Positions 36,317-49,969 of a DNA stretch of 64,000 nucleotides are shown piece by piece. The stretch is from NCBI GenBank assembly GCA_964016885.1, contig OZ024742.1, positions 35,402,001 through 35,466,000 on the forward strand, read 5' to 3'. The notes beneath the pieces were generated by a model, which did no database searches, was not told the DNA's origin, and saw only the letters and a list, made by a program, of their open reading frames with translations. Numbering within the stretch: the first letter of the stretch is position 1; each line of letters opens with the position of its first letter. The position numbers were made by a program, and so were the translations under genes. The stretch is from Eledone cirrhosa (Eukaryota).

Positions 36317-36701
36317 GAATTGGTGCTCTGAAATAGCGATGTATATATGAATGTATATATAGTGTATCTGGTAACAACACTATGCTTAATTAAAAGCATT
36401 TTGAAGACCTTACGCTATTGTTTTAAAGTAGTGACTATGTCACTTACTTCTTTTTTCAACAAAGAAAGGGAGCTAAGCTGACAGATCTCTGTTTCATACT
36501 GTTTCATACTCCCCTTGTTTGTTGAAAATTATGAATGTTGGATTCTTATAGAATTCCAGTAATAATCAGGAACTTATTATACTGAGCGGTTGCCAGTCCA
36601 GCAAAAATTGAAAATTAGAATTGGTGCTCTGAAATAGCGATGTATATTTTCAACACACAAGGGGAGTACTAAGCTCTGAGGATTAAGCATGCCAAATACA
36701 C

Positions 36702-36745
<44 letters not shown>

Positions 36746-37144
36746 ATATATATATATATATATTAATTTTATTGCCTGATAACCCTGTGATAAACAAGCG
36801 AAACTCCAGAGTAACAAGAATAACTATTTAGCCTTAATAAAATGAATAGTTAAACTCTATTTCAGTATTGAATACACTTTTCTCTCACCCGTCAACCATA
36901 TACGGATATATATATATATATTTCCATATAAAACAAGTAACATTCAGAGACCAACCAGATGTGAGAAAAACCACAGACCCTCCATCTCAACTCTACTTTT
37001 GAAAAGTAGAAGAACTGCGAAACCGGTAAAGGAACCAAATAAATATATATATTTTTTAAAAAATAAGATCTCATCTTTTTTTCTTTATACTTTCACTCGT
37101 GTAGGACTCCTCGGTTATTTTTCATTTTGTAAAAAAAACCTCAC

Positions 37145-37212
<68 letters not shown>

Positions 37213-37531
37213 TCATCATCATCATCATCATCGTCGTCGTTTAACGTCAATCTTCCACGCTAGCATGGGTTAGACGGTTTGTACCATTCGATGCGGAAAT
37301 GGTCGAGAGATCATGCCTCGCTCGCACAGAAGCGTCTCTGGCAGGTTTTTCTACAGCTGGATCCCCTTCCTAACACCAACCACACTTACCGTGCTGGGGT
37401 AGCTGTAAACAGCTGAGTGCTGTGTCTATAGGAAAATAAGTCAGGTTAGAATATAAACACATACTGAACGGAAGAACAGAGAGAGGGAGAGTATGGAAGC
37501 AAGATCAGCAGTATTAACAACGATAATATAC

Positions 37532-37652
37532 CTAAATTTGTTGAGGCCATCGAGTAACTTTGCGTGTTTCTATGGTGTCCATGTTGAAATACATTACTAG
37601 CCATACGTTCTGTATTTGCTAGCACAGACGCCATTTTCTCTTCGATCATATT
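37532..37652 (-). CDS. Adhesion GPCR exon D (GAIN A/B junction)
   Basis: ttttacag|AAT...TTAG|gtatat; 121 nt, phase 0->1; NMIEEKMASVLANTERMASNVFQHGHHRNTQSYSMASTNL. Confidence 0.85.
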
Positions 37653-38299
37653 CTGTAAAATATAAAGATAAAGATAATAAGTAAAGACCACTACCAGATG
37701 TTTCTGGATCTAAAGTTTCTCACACTTATACTGTATATATATATAAGAAATGTTAATCTGAGTTTTTCAAATATTAATAATATTCTGATCGGTCTGATTT
37801 GCATATTAGCAAACCCACTGATCAACCAGATTTGCTTATCAGCAGATAGGCCAGTCAGTTTCATGAATACGAGCGATTAGTGGCAAGTTTTGCCATATTG
37901 AAATAACTAATAAATAGTTTTATCGCTCTACAAGAATGCAAGAAATGTATATCTGAGTGTTTCGAATATTAATAATAATATTTGATTCTTTTGCAATCAT
38001 GCAAAAAGCCTCTTTAAGCCATGTAAGTAAAAGGACCCCCACCATTCTTGCTCTTGTGTCGGCATATAAACAGAACGGCAGACATATATATATATATATA
38101 TACATATACACACACACATACACACACACATATATATATATAAACAATGAGTCATTGTTAATTTACAACAGATTAGAAGCACTCAACGGAGTATCATTAA
38201 TATCAATAATATCAATACATGGAATATATCTTCATAAAACCATATTTATTTTATTTTATAAAATAAATATGGTTTTATAAAGATATTTTCCATTTATTG

Positions 38300-38330
<31 letters not shown>

Positions 38331-38337
<7 letters not shown>

Positions 38338-38719
38338 TAAGAGGAATTCCAACTTTGTCTGATTTACTCGTTTTATTTACAATCCTTTAAAATTTATAAT
38401 GGTATTATAATGAAATAGTATGATAGAATATTAAATTCTAAGTGTTAATTGAACAAGTACTTTCATGCTTTCGCAATCTTCAGGTTCATAATATGTGGTG
38501 ACAGTCAAGTTTGCAATTTTCAACTGTTGAAAATTGCAAACTTGACTGTCACCACATATTATGAACCTGAAGATTGCGAAAGCATGAAAGTACTTGTTCA
38601 ATTAACACTTAGAATGTAATATTCTATCATACTATTTCATTATAATACCATTATAAATTTTAAAGGATTGTAAATAAAACGAGTAAATCAGACAAAGTTG
38701 GAATTCCTCTTATTAATAT
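38331..38719. mobile_element. Near-perfect 389-bp palindrome with two hammerheads
   Basis: 194-bp arms, 1-nt centre at 38525, one mismatch seen; each arm tgaac CTGAAGA t tgc gaaa gca t GAAA GTAC TT gttca (38562-38600 on +, 38450-38488 on -). Confidence 0.9.
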
Positions 38720-38751
38720 AATCTTCTATACACAATCATACACACCCGTGT

Positions 38752-38895
<144 letters not shown>

Positions 38896-39218
38896 ACATA
38901 TACATATATATATGTATGTGTATATGTATATATATATATGTATGTGTATATATAAATATATATACACACATATATATATATATATATATTTATATGACGG
39001 AGAGAGAGAGGAAGAGAGGGAGAGAGGAAGAAAGACAAGCGGGATGCACATTGATATATCTTTATAGATATAATAGACATACGTCCGACTTGAAAAACAT
39101 TAGTTCTTCCGCTCTGCTTCTAAACACATCTCTCCGGTATTCCACTATTTAAATAATTCTATAACATATTTGGTAATAAATAAACCATAAATCCATAAGG
39201 TGGCACCACTGTACTAAC

Positions 39219-39287
39219 CGGGTTTGCATTTCTCCACACTGGTACAACAGACGGGTCAATGACACTGCCAACAGTTTCTCCAAACGC
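39219..39287 (-). CDS. Adhesion GPCR exon C (GAIN A)
   Basis: catttcag|GCG...CCG|gttagt; 69 nt, phase 0->0; AFGETVGSVIDPSVVPVWRNANP (F-x-x-T-V...D...W pattern of GAIN domains). Confidence 0.85.
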
Positions 39288-39493
39288 CTGAAATGACACA
39301 AGCATTTTGAAGAATTGAAAAGGCATTGATAAAATTTAAAAGTTTAATTATAATAATTTCAAATAATTTCGTAGAAAATCGAAGACTTTACTAGAATGTT
39401 AAAAAATATCAAAAAAATTTGAAGAATTTAAAAACATTCATAAATGTTCCAACAATTTTATAGAACTTTATAGAATCCCTTAGAATTTCAAAT

Positions 39494-39682
39494 AATTGTT
39501 TCTACTTTTGGCACAAGGCCAGCAATTATCCAAGTGCATTACTGGTACTTTATTTTATCGACCCCGTAAGGATGAAAGGCAAAGTTAACCTCGGCGGGAT
39601 TTGAAAAAAGAACGAAAAAGGGCCGTAACTCTATACTGCAAAAATGGCGTCCGACCCTCTACCGGTACTGCCAATCCACCGC
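39494..39682 (-). mobile_element. SINE family 1
   Basis: Reverse-complement copy. Confidence 0.85.
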
Positions 39683-40569
39683 TAATATACAGTTTCAAAT
39701 AATGTCAGACAATTTCATAGACTTTCAGAAAATTTAGTAGAATTTCAAATGATTTCAAACAATTTTGAACATTTATTTGTTAGTTATTTGCGATCCCATG
39801 TTTCCTCGTTTCTCCCCTATTTTCACCTGAGCACCATATCAACACGTACAGGATTTTCAAACCTCAATAACTGTATAGACCGAAACGGGAGGTGTTTATT
39901 CTTTTGCGAACTGCTTATTCGTGATCTCTCTTATAGTTCGGTATGTAATTGGATATAGTGACATTTGATTTCCTTTGATATATACACAATGTAGACTATA
40001 CCTTCTCAGTTTCAATTCACCCCCAAATCAGCAATTTCTCCCTTGGTTAAAATTCCTCAACTGCGAGGCAAGTGTGTTCCTTTAAAAGTATCTGATTTGA
40101 AGGAGATTTGGCTGCTATTTCTAGCGGATCATGCATTAATGTATAGACATAGGTAAAGTTGTGAGTCAACTATGTTCCCAGTGAGAAGAAAGGTTGACGT
40201 CACTACCAGCGCCCCAAACACGACGACCATCAGGGACAGTGTTATCTCGTACAAGACATCTTTCCTGTCATATCAGCAGTTTTATTATTTTTCATAACAT
40301 TCACAATTTTTAAGACATACATACATAGATACATACATACGTACGTACGTGCATACATACATACATAATATATACATACACACATACATACATGCATAAT
40401 ATATACATACACACATACATACATGCATGCATAAATAAATACATACATACATACACACATACATACATATATACATACATACATACACACACACATACAT
40501 ACATACACACACCCATACATACATACATACACACATACATATATTCATACATACATGCATACATGATGA

Positions 40570-41222
40570 TGATGGCTGCCCCCTCGTTATCGAGTATGGC
40601 CATTGCACGATATACCATTATTAATAATGTGGATTGGCAGTATCGGTAGAGAGTCGGACACCATGCTTTGAAACATAGAGTTACGTCCCTTTATGATCTG
40701 AGTTGAAATCCCGCCGAGGTTAACTTTGCCTTTCATCCTTACGGGGTCGATAAAATAAAGTACCAGTAATGTACTGGTAAATTGCTGGCCTTGTGCCTAA
40801 AATAGAAACACTTAATTAATTCTATCGTGCAATGCCTGTGCACGAAGATATATTTTAAAGTGAGGAAAGACTGTGCACTGAACCAATCCCACTCTCTGAG
40901 CGACAGTAGCTATACCCCGAAAAGAAGAAAAAATCAACATCATCGGTAACTACTGAGCCGCAGGTTTTATATCGGAGTTATCCCAGTTTCCTGAGTTACC
41001 TTCTCCTAGAAGAATGTCCTGATAAAGGCTAGGGGTCCTTCACTTCCAGGGTCCTTCACAAAGGGCGGAAGAACTCATAAGAGTCAACGGCCATCCAAAA
41101 GTGTGTAAATATGTATATACACATGTACATATGTATGTATATGTATATGTGTATATACATGGGTGCATGTGTATATATATGCGCGGGGATATAGAAATAG
41201 TCGGGCTGGACACCCGATCGCA
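40570..41222 (-). mobile_element. RTE-derived family A, interrupted by a SINE1 (40628-40811, +)
   Basis: 3' terminus at 40570-40625 and 5'UTR at 40812-41222; the SINE sits in the ATTAATAATT linker. Confidence 0.85.
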
Positions 41223-41276
41223 CATGCATACATACATATATACATACATACATACATACATACATACATACATACA

Positions 41277-41307
<31 letters not shown>

Positions 41308-41786
41308 GTAAAACATTCCAAAAATGTGCATCTAATAACTGCATATACACATATACAGATACAAAGCATATACACATGCACACATACAATTCAAAACATC
41401 CACACACAATAACATCCATATCTACATATACATGCATGCAGACATACATACATATCTACCTAATTGATGTTGTGTAAATTCCAATGAGAGAGTCTTGTGT
41501 CTATGTTAGAAACCGACTCTCTCTCTCTATTGGTAACAAATTTGTGAAATTATAAAACCAGAAGAACATACATACATGTATGCATACATACACACATACA
41601 TACACACATACATAGATACATAGATACATAGATACATACACACATACATACACACATACATAGATACATAGATACATACACACATACATACATACACATA
41701 TACATACATACATAGATACATACATTCATACATACATACATACATACATACATACATACATACATACATACATACATACATACAAA

Positions 41787-42390
41787 CATGGTGGCTGCCA
41801 ACTCGTTTTCGAGTACGGCCACTACTTTATATCCATGTAGGAGAACCCCTACCGATGTACTGAACGAGTGTGACTCTTTAGTCCAGCCAGTGACTTGAAA
41901 TCTCTCGTACAAACACTACACTTGTGACAATTATTGACACATAGTGCTGGGCCCATGGTACCATGTGACGACAAGTGCAGAGAGATCTCCAGATATAAAG
42001 CAATGCCTGTGCCGTGAAGCTTTTATAGTGGGCACTGCACAAAGCCAGTCCCACTCTCTTTACCAAGATGATATTTACCAAAAAGAAGAACAAGTCAACA
42101 TCATTGGATACCATCAGGGTTGCAGGTGTTATATCAGAGTTTTGCTTCTCCTAGAATTCTGCCTTGACAAAGGCTAAGGGGTCATCTCTCCCGGTGATTT
42201 TGGATGGCTATTGACTCTTAAGAGCTCCCTTGCCCTTTGACAGGTTTTGTTTTTAGTCCTGCAGGATGTCCAAAGTCACCCTCCTCACCAAGAAACCTTG
42301 GTGGGGTTGCCAGTTTAGTCGCCAACAACCCGACCATGAGACAGGTTGTACTGGGATACATGTTACCAGTAGCACCAACTGGTGACCTGA
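41787..42390 (-). mobile_element. RTE-derived family B (complete)
   Basis: Near-identical to 14726-15330; in (TACA)n. Confidence 0.88.
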
Positions 42391-42454
42391 CATACAAACA
42401 TACATACATACATACATACATACATACATACATACATACATACATACATACATT

Positions 42455-43320
42455 GAACATTACACGAACATCTACACGCAGGTGACTTTTCAGACCAGCT
42501 TTTGTTTTGTAGGCACGTTCACAGATATGATACTTGAACTGTCTGTCTCTTGACATTACCGACTAGTATGTGTCTTCATGTATTTTATCATGTCTAGTCA
42601 GACCACTTGCTGACGTGCAAATTAAGCCACATTCATTGCAAATGTACTGCAGAGGGCGTCATGGTAGAAACATTTCACAAGTGACTCGATTTCTCCCTGG
42701 CTCGTGTGACTTCAGATCGTAATCGTCTACATACATTGCACTTCAATACCTTCTGGATTTTTGCAGGCACTGCACTTGGGTACCGCTTACGGAGTGAACC
42801 CACCAAAGCAGCATGTTCCACTCGCCTTTTCTCAAAGATATCACATCCATACTTGATGATTGTTCTCCACAATGTACGGCCTTTAGCCAAAGCCTCCCAG
42901 TTCTCTATATCAATCTTCAGAGCTTTAAAAATGTTTTTTATGATATCCCTGAACCGCTTCTTTGGTTTATGCTTTGGCCTGTTTCCTCTGGTCAGCTCCC
43001 CATAAAATAACTGTTTTGGTAGCCTTCCATCTTCCATCCTGACTACATGACCAGCCCAATACATCTGGTTCATAATGACCCTTTTCTCAATACTGGTTCC
43101 ACCAGCTTTCTCAAGTACAGCAACATCATGTGTGTAAGAGGAACAATGGATGTTCAGGATGCGTCGGATACAATGCTAGTGAAACCTTACAGCTGCCTGA
43201 TGTGATACCTGTAAGTTGTCCACGATTTGCACACATATAGCAGGGCTGTAAGAACACATGCCTCACACACAGAGAGCTTTGTATTTCTCGTGATACTCCG
43301 ATCTGACCAGACTCCCTTAT
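42455..43320 (-). mobile_element. Decayed RTE 3' fragment with C2H2 fingers
   Basis: WAGHVVRMEDGRLPKQLFYGEL...; CNECGLIC..ASGLTRH; ICERAYKTKAGLKSHLR. Confidence 0.85.
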
Positions 43321-43723
43321 CAAGTTATATTTCATATATGGTAGCTGGAAAATATTCGGCTATTCTAAAATGAAAATTAGTCTCCTGGTTTTTTCATAGA
43401 AAGAATTTGTTCTTCCTGCTTCACTTAATGATGCAATTTTATATTTTCTTCTCCTTACATATATTTCACCGTATGACAAAAGAACAACTTCACGTGTTAC
43501 CGTTGTCTTTGTAACTTTTAAAGAGAATATTTGGTTGTAATTATTTCGAAATATTTACATCTGCATTCACGGATTGATATTTCTGGGTTTCAGAAGATCC
43601 AGCTTTAGCGTGAAAGCAGAAAAAATGTGCTAATAATAAAATCTTGCTCTACGTGTTTATATATACTTTTATACATACAACCCGTATCGAGACCTCACTG
43701 AATTTTGGTATATGTATTTATTA

Positions 43724-43805
<82 letters not shown>

Positions 43806-43845
43806 ATGTATATATGCATATATATATTCGTATATATATTCATAC

Positions 43846-43882
<37 letters not shown>

Positions 43883-43911
43883 TACACACACGCACACACA
43901 CACACACACAC

Positions 43912-43980
<69 letters not shown>

Positions 43981-44294
43981 CATACACATATATATAACAC
44001 CATCACCATTATTTGTTCCAGTGATAAAAGAAACTGTTCTCAGTGCCTCAATGTCAGAGAAAAATTCCCAGCAGGACCAATCTTTAAGGAACTCCCGTAG
44101 AGTTTTAGTAGTCAGGAAGAATTTCCTCTTTGGGTTTTTTTATGGGAATAACATGCTTCTTTCCGTTCTGCTACCTTGTACCACACCCAAATGTCCACAG
44201 CTATTACTGTGACACCCATTAGTTCAAATCTACAACGGCGCCGCCCTTCAATACTTTTCTATTTTGGATACACACACACACACACACACACACA

Positions 44295-44431
<137 letters not shown>

Positions 44432-46254
44432 GTATATATTGGTTACTTGCTCTGCCGGTGTTGTTACTGTTGCTTCTGCTGTTGTTATTATAAGTATTAT
44501 TGTTATTGTTTTGTTGTTGTTGGATGGCTACTTTTATTGTTGTCGTTGTTTAAATTCTGGTCAGCCCTCTTTTTCTTTTCTATTTAATAAGGAAGGGAAA
44601 GGCAGTACTCTGGTCCCTTTTCAGGGTCTCTGTGAACTGGTAGAAGCGAGGGAGGGAGGGAGGGAGGAATATGTGAATATTTACAACAGAGTGGATCGGC
44701 AAATGACTGCCAATGACCAGGTGGTGGTATGGACAGAATAACAGGTAACATCGACTACATCGATTAGTCAGTAGAGGATGGATGGTTAAATACTGTCTAT
44801 TTTGGTAAGATGGAAGAATGTAATAGTTGGTTAAGCAAAGAAACTCCGAAAGACTTCTTCACACAAACCAAATTCCAGGGTTACTAGACAATAGCGAGAG
44901 GCCCAACAACATTTAAAGGACTCCAAGTTTATTTATTTTTATTCCATAATCAGTTTGATGCAAGGGCACCGATGATATGTTCAGTCGGAAGTCCCAAGAA
45001 AGCTTAATCGACAACAGGTAGCGCCAACAACCCCTCTTTATGGTGTTCATGGCATATTGGAAGGTGGAAGGTATCCTCAAACTGGTACCTGGTCTGATTG
45101 CTTGCAACAGTATTGAGTACCTTTAGTGTACTAAAGGTACTCAATACTGGGTGGCAATGGTAATTCTGGCTGATTAACTAAATCTACGATCTAAGTAGGC
45201 CACAATGGAATTTGAGCTCAGAACGCAAAGAGCCAGAATAAATGCCGCTATACTTCTTTTCCAACGTTATAACAACTCCACTAATTCATCACCCATGAGA
45301 TAATACTTTATATATCAACCCTGAAGTGATGAACGGTGAAGTTGATCTCAATGAGATTTGAACGTACAGTGCGGAGGACCGAAACAATTAAGGCATTTAT
45401 TCCGATGTTCTAACGATTCAGTCAATTCGCTGATATATCTATAAACCTTTATCCAATGCTGCCTTACCATCTTTAAAATGACGTATTGTATACATTATGT
45501 TTAAATAAAAGATAAGAGGGTCACAGTTGGAAAGTCCTTTACGTTATTTTGCTGACTGAGCTATGTGAAACAGCAATAACATATCTACCACCAACACCAC
45601 CGCCATGAACAAATATGTAGACCTCAGAGATCAGAAAAAAAAAACTGGGGCATTCAATCCAACGCTCTCACAACTCTGCCAATTCGTTGCCTTCAAAATA
45701 GACCTGACTGATATTTCTACTGAATTCTAGTAACAATATACAGGCTTAGTAATGTTCTTGGTGTGATCAGAGTAAGAAGTGTCAAGGCTTTCCAAATTAT
45801 TTTATTTGGAGAATGGAGCATATTCAGATGGAGAGAAATAGCCAAACAGTGCTTCTCATTGAAGGGGATGATGATTGAGGAAGTTTAGATTGCTATTTCT
45901 AGTAATTCGAATGACCACGTAAGTTTCCTTCATCGGCAGGAGACTGAGCTGCTATTTCTAGTTAATTGAGTGACTCCTTATAGGCTGCATTGTTATTTCG
46001 TCTTTATCTAATCTCTGTTAATTTGATACACCGCTGTCCTGGGTTCGAATCACGCAGGGGCGTCTTCTTAATAATTCCTATTTACACTCACTTCACCTCC
46101 TTACTTCAGTGAATACCCAGCTAGTGTAATTAATCAGGCTATCTGCCCTGGCACCCAGATACCCGACACCTGACAGACACACATATACACGTATACAAAT
46201 ACACGCAAACACATATATATATACACAGTCATACCTACTCACATTTATATATTC

Positions 46255-46407
46255 ATAAACATACATACATATGCACACGTGTATATGTGTATATATATAT
46301 ATATGTATACATACATACGTATACATAGATACATACATGCATACATACATACATACATATACATAGATACATACATACATGCATACATACATACATACAT
46401 ACATACA

Positions 46408-46439
<32 letters not shown>

Positions 46440-46605
46440 CATACATGCATACATACATACATACATACATATATACATACATACATACATACATACATAC
46501 ATGCATACATACATACATACATATATACATACATACATACATACATACATACATACATACATACGTACGTACATACATACATACATGCATACATACATAC
46601 ATACA

Positions 46606-46669
<64 letters not shown>

Positions 46670-46695
46670 CATACATACATACATACATACACACA
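46255..46695. repeat. (TACA)n microsatellite
   Basis: Direct inspection. Confidence 0.95.
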
Positions 46696-46827
46696 TAGAT
46701 ATAGACAGATATATATATATGTACGAAAACATATACGCACATACACGTACCCTGTACTCGATGACACAACTGCACAATCGTATTACAGCCGATGTGGAGA
46801 CGCATATAAGAATAGAGTTGATAATAT

Positions 46828-47287
46828 TGGTGGTGGTGGTGGTGGCGGTGGTGGTGGTGGTGGTGGTGGTGGTAGTGGTGGTGGTGGTGGTAGTGGTGGT
46901 GGTGGTGGTGGTGGTAGTGGTAGTAGTGGTGGTGGTAGTGGTAGTGGCGGTGGTGGTGGTGGCGGTGGGGGTGGCGGTGGTGGTGGTGGCGGTGTCGGTG
47001 CTGGTGGTGGTGGTGGTAGTGGTGGTGGCGGTGGTGGTGGTAGTGGTGTTGGCGGTGGCGGCGGTGGTGGTGGTGGTGGTGGTGGTAGTGGTGGTGGTGA
47101 GCGTGGTGGTGGTGAGAGTGGTGGTGGTGAGAGTGGTGGCGGTAGGGATAGTGGCGATGGTGATGATGGTCGTAGTGGTGGTGTCGATGACTGTGGTGAT
47201 TGTTGTAGAGGTACTAGTAGTGCTATCTATAGCAGCTGCAGCAGCAGTAGTAGTAGTAGTAGTAGCAGCAGCAGCAGCAGAAGCAGC

Positions 47288-47331
<44 letters not shown>

Positions 47332-47345
47332 CAGTAGTAGTAGTC
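46828..47345. repeat. (GGT)n/(TAG)n trinucleotide repeat
   Basis: Direct inspection. Confidence 0.95.
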
Positions 47346-47656
47346 GTCGTAAGGCGTTGGATTGGCAAAGTCATTAGATAATTGGACAAAATGTGTTATG
47401 ATATTTGCACGGCTTTCTACGTGCTGAGTTCAACTACAATGACACTCGGATCAAATTGTATCAGCTTTTATTTCCTTCTGAGACAACAACAGTTTGATGA
47501 AGAGGACTCATTCAGCCAACCAAAACTCAACACTAACGTAATATTAATATTTATTTCATTGATTGCAGGGAAAAACAGGATGAAAATGGAAAACATTTTC
47601 GAAACCGGTACGATTTGATCGGAGAAACTCAAAGTAGGGTCGTGTTGTTTATAATA

Positions 47657-47916
47657 CGGTGGATTGGCAGTATCAGTAGAGAGTCAGATGCCATGCTTTG
47701 GAGCATAGAGTCCCTTTACGGTCTTTCTGTCAGGCCATCGGCAGTATCGGTAGAAGGTCGGACGCCATGCTTTGTCGCATAGAGTCACGACCCTTGCCAT
47801 TCTGAGTTCAAATCCCGCCGAGGTTAACTTTGCCTTTCATCCTTACGGGGTCGATAAAATAAAGTACCAGTAATGCAGTGGGTAATTGCTGGCCTTGTTC
47901 CAAAAGTAGAAACAAT
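47657..47916 (+). mobile_element. SINE family 1 with duplicated head
   Basis: Partial head 47657-47722, then a full copy 47737-47916. Confidence 0.8.
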
Positions 47917-48507
47917 TATTTATAACGCTAACCAGGCTGAAGCTATGAACCCCTCAGGGATTAGAAGTTCGTCAGTTTCTTTTTGTTGTAATCAGCTATA
48001 GTGAGGTGAAAGACCAGCTTCAGAGTAATTTAGATGAATGGAAGATAAATACTGTCAGCCAATTTATTGTAGAACTGTAGTATTATTTCTGTCATTTGAG
48101 AGAGTCACTCTTCACCCAACTACAAGCAATATGCAGACAGCCAAGCTACACCCTTAAAGATCCACCGTTAGTTATGCACTATCAGTCAGTTCTATATCGT
48201 TAGATAATCATTAGAAAGACTGAATGTTTCTACTTGAGTTGCTAACGTAAACATACAAGAAGACAGCGTATAATTACTATTATCCGGTTTCAATATATTA
48301 TCTAGAAATTCGCTTTGCCATCATAAAATCTTAGGTTCGATTCAACTGTGTGGCATCTTGGGCAAGGGATTTTACGATGGTTTCAGTTTGACTCAGGTCT
48401 TATGAGTGAAGTTAGGTAGACGATAAATGTATGAACGCCTGTCATATAAACTGTACAAAAAAGTCAACTTCACCTTGATGGGAATTCATCTCAGAACATG
48501 GAGAATT

Positions 48508-49027
48508 AGCCAGTATATTACTGGTACTTTATTTTATCGACCGCGTAAGGATGAAAGGCAAATTTAACCTTGGCGGGATTTGAACTCAGACCATAAAGGG
48601 CTGTAACTCTTTGCTGCAAAGCATGGCGTCCGACTCTCTACTTATACTGCCAACTACCATAATAATGATTTTTAATTTAGGCACAAGACCAGCAATTTTG
48701 AGGAAACGGGAAAGTCGACTAAAGCGACTCTAGTACTTGATGGGTACATTATTTTAACGATCTAAGCAGGATGAAAAGCAAAGTTGACTTCGGTTAGATT
48801 TGAACTAAGATCGTGAAAGAACTTAACCTAAATACCGCAAGGCCTTTCTTCCATTGTTCTAACGATTTCTGCAAGTCAACTGCAATAATAATGATAATAA
48901 TGGTTTCTGATTTAGGCACAAGGCCAGTAATTTGGGAGAGGGGAAAGTCAATTAAATCGATCTCAGTACATTACTGGTACTTTATTTTATCGATCCCGTA
49001 AGGCTGAAAGGCAAAGTTGACCTCGGA
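48508..49027 (-). mobile_element. Three tandem SINE1-related copies
   Basis: GGTAC..TATTTTA.CGA...GAAA.GCAAA.TT.AC repeated three times, separated by AAT tails. Confidence 0.75.
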
Positions 49028-49565
49028 ATAATAATAATAAAACAATTCAACATTTCTACAAGAGAGTCTATCGGTGGATGTATTTTAGTAAAACGATATT
49101 GATAACCTTTATCACACTGATTGGCTGAAATTGTGTTTCTAGACACCGTGGCTCCTCCCCTTTTCCTCACCCCCTCTCTTACTTCATTCTTTTCTGTCCC
49201 CCTCACCTTTTCCTCATGTCCTCTCATCGTTCCGTGTAATTATGTAAGAGACGCTCTCATGCTCGATGTTAACAAGAGCAGACATTTTACGGTCATTGTC
49301 TGAAAGCTATATGTGCGTATGTGTGTGTATATATGTATAGGTGTATGCATGTATGTGTATGTATGCGTGCGCATACGTGTGTATCTATGTACGATAAAAT
49401 AGGTACTGGTTTGATGTGATCGACTAAATTACATTAACTGTGGTGCCCCACGATGGCCATAGGTCAATGAGTGAAACGAGTATGTATGAGTGTATGTATA
49501 TCTCTCTCTCTTGGTATATATATAAATATATATATACATATACATACACACGTACAAACACGCAT

Positions 49566-49621
<56 letters not shown>

Positions 49622-49895
49622 GTTTAATGTTTACAAAGACAGGCATCACGCCTCACATTTATACTGCAGTAGAAACTCCGTATCAAGCTATCCAGATAAA
49701 CATATTTATCGATTAATAAAATGCATTAAGTGGTAATATAATATAGCATAATACACAATAGCATATAACATGATATCATAATAAACATAATATATATTTG
49801 TTTTTATTATAACAAGCTACTACAATTGAGGCAGCAAATGAATTTCAAACTTGTCTTATTTCTTCGTAAACCAATGGGTGCTTGACCCTCCCTAA

Positions 49896-49962
<67 letters not shown>

Positions 49963-49969
<7 letters not shown>

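Noticed and set aside
46093-47389. Long ORFs (Gly/Ser, Thr, Val, YVCM-rich)
   Set aside because: Translations of (TACA)n and (GGT/TAG)n microsatellites, open in several frames.
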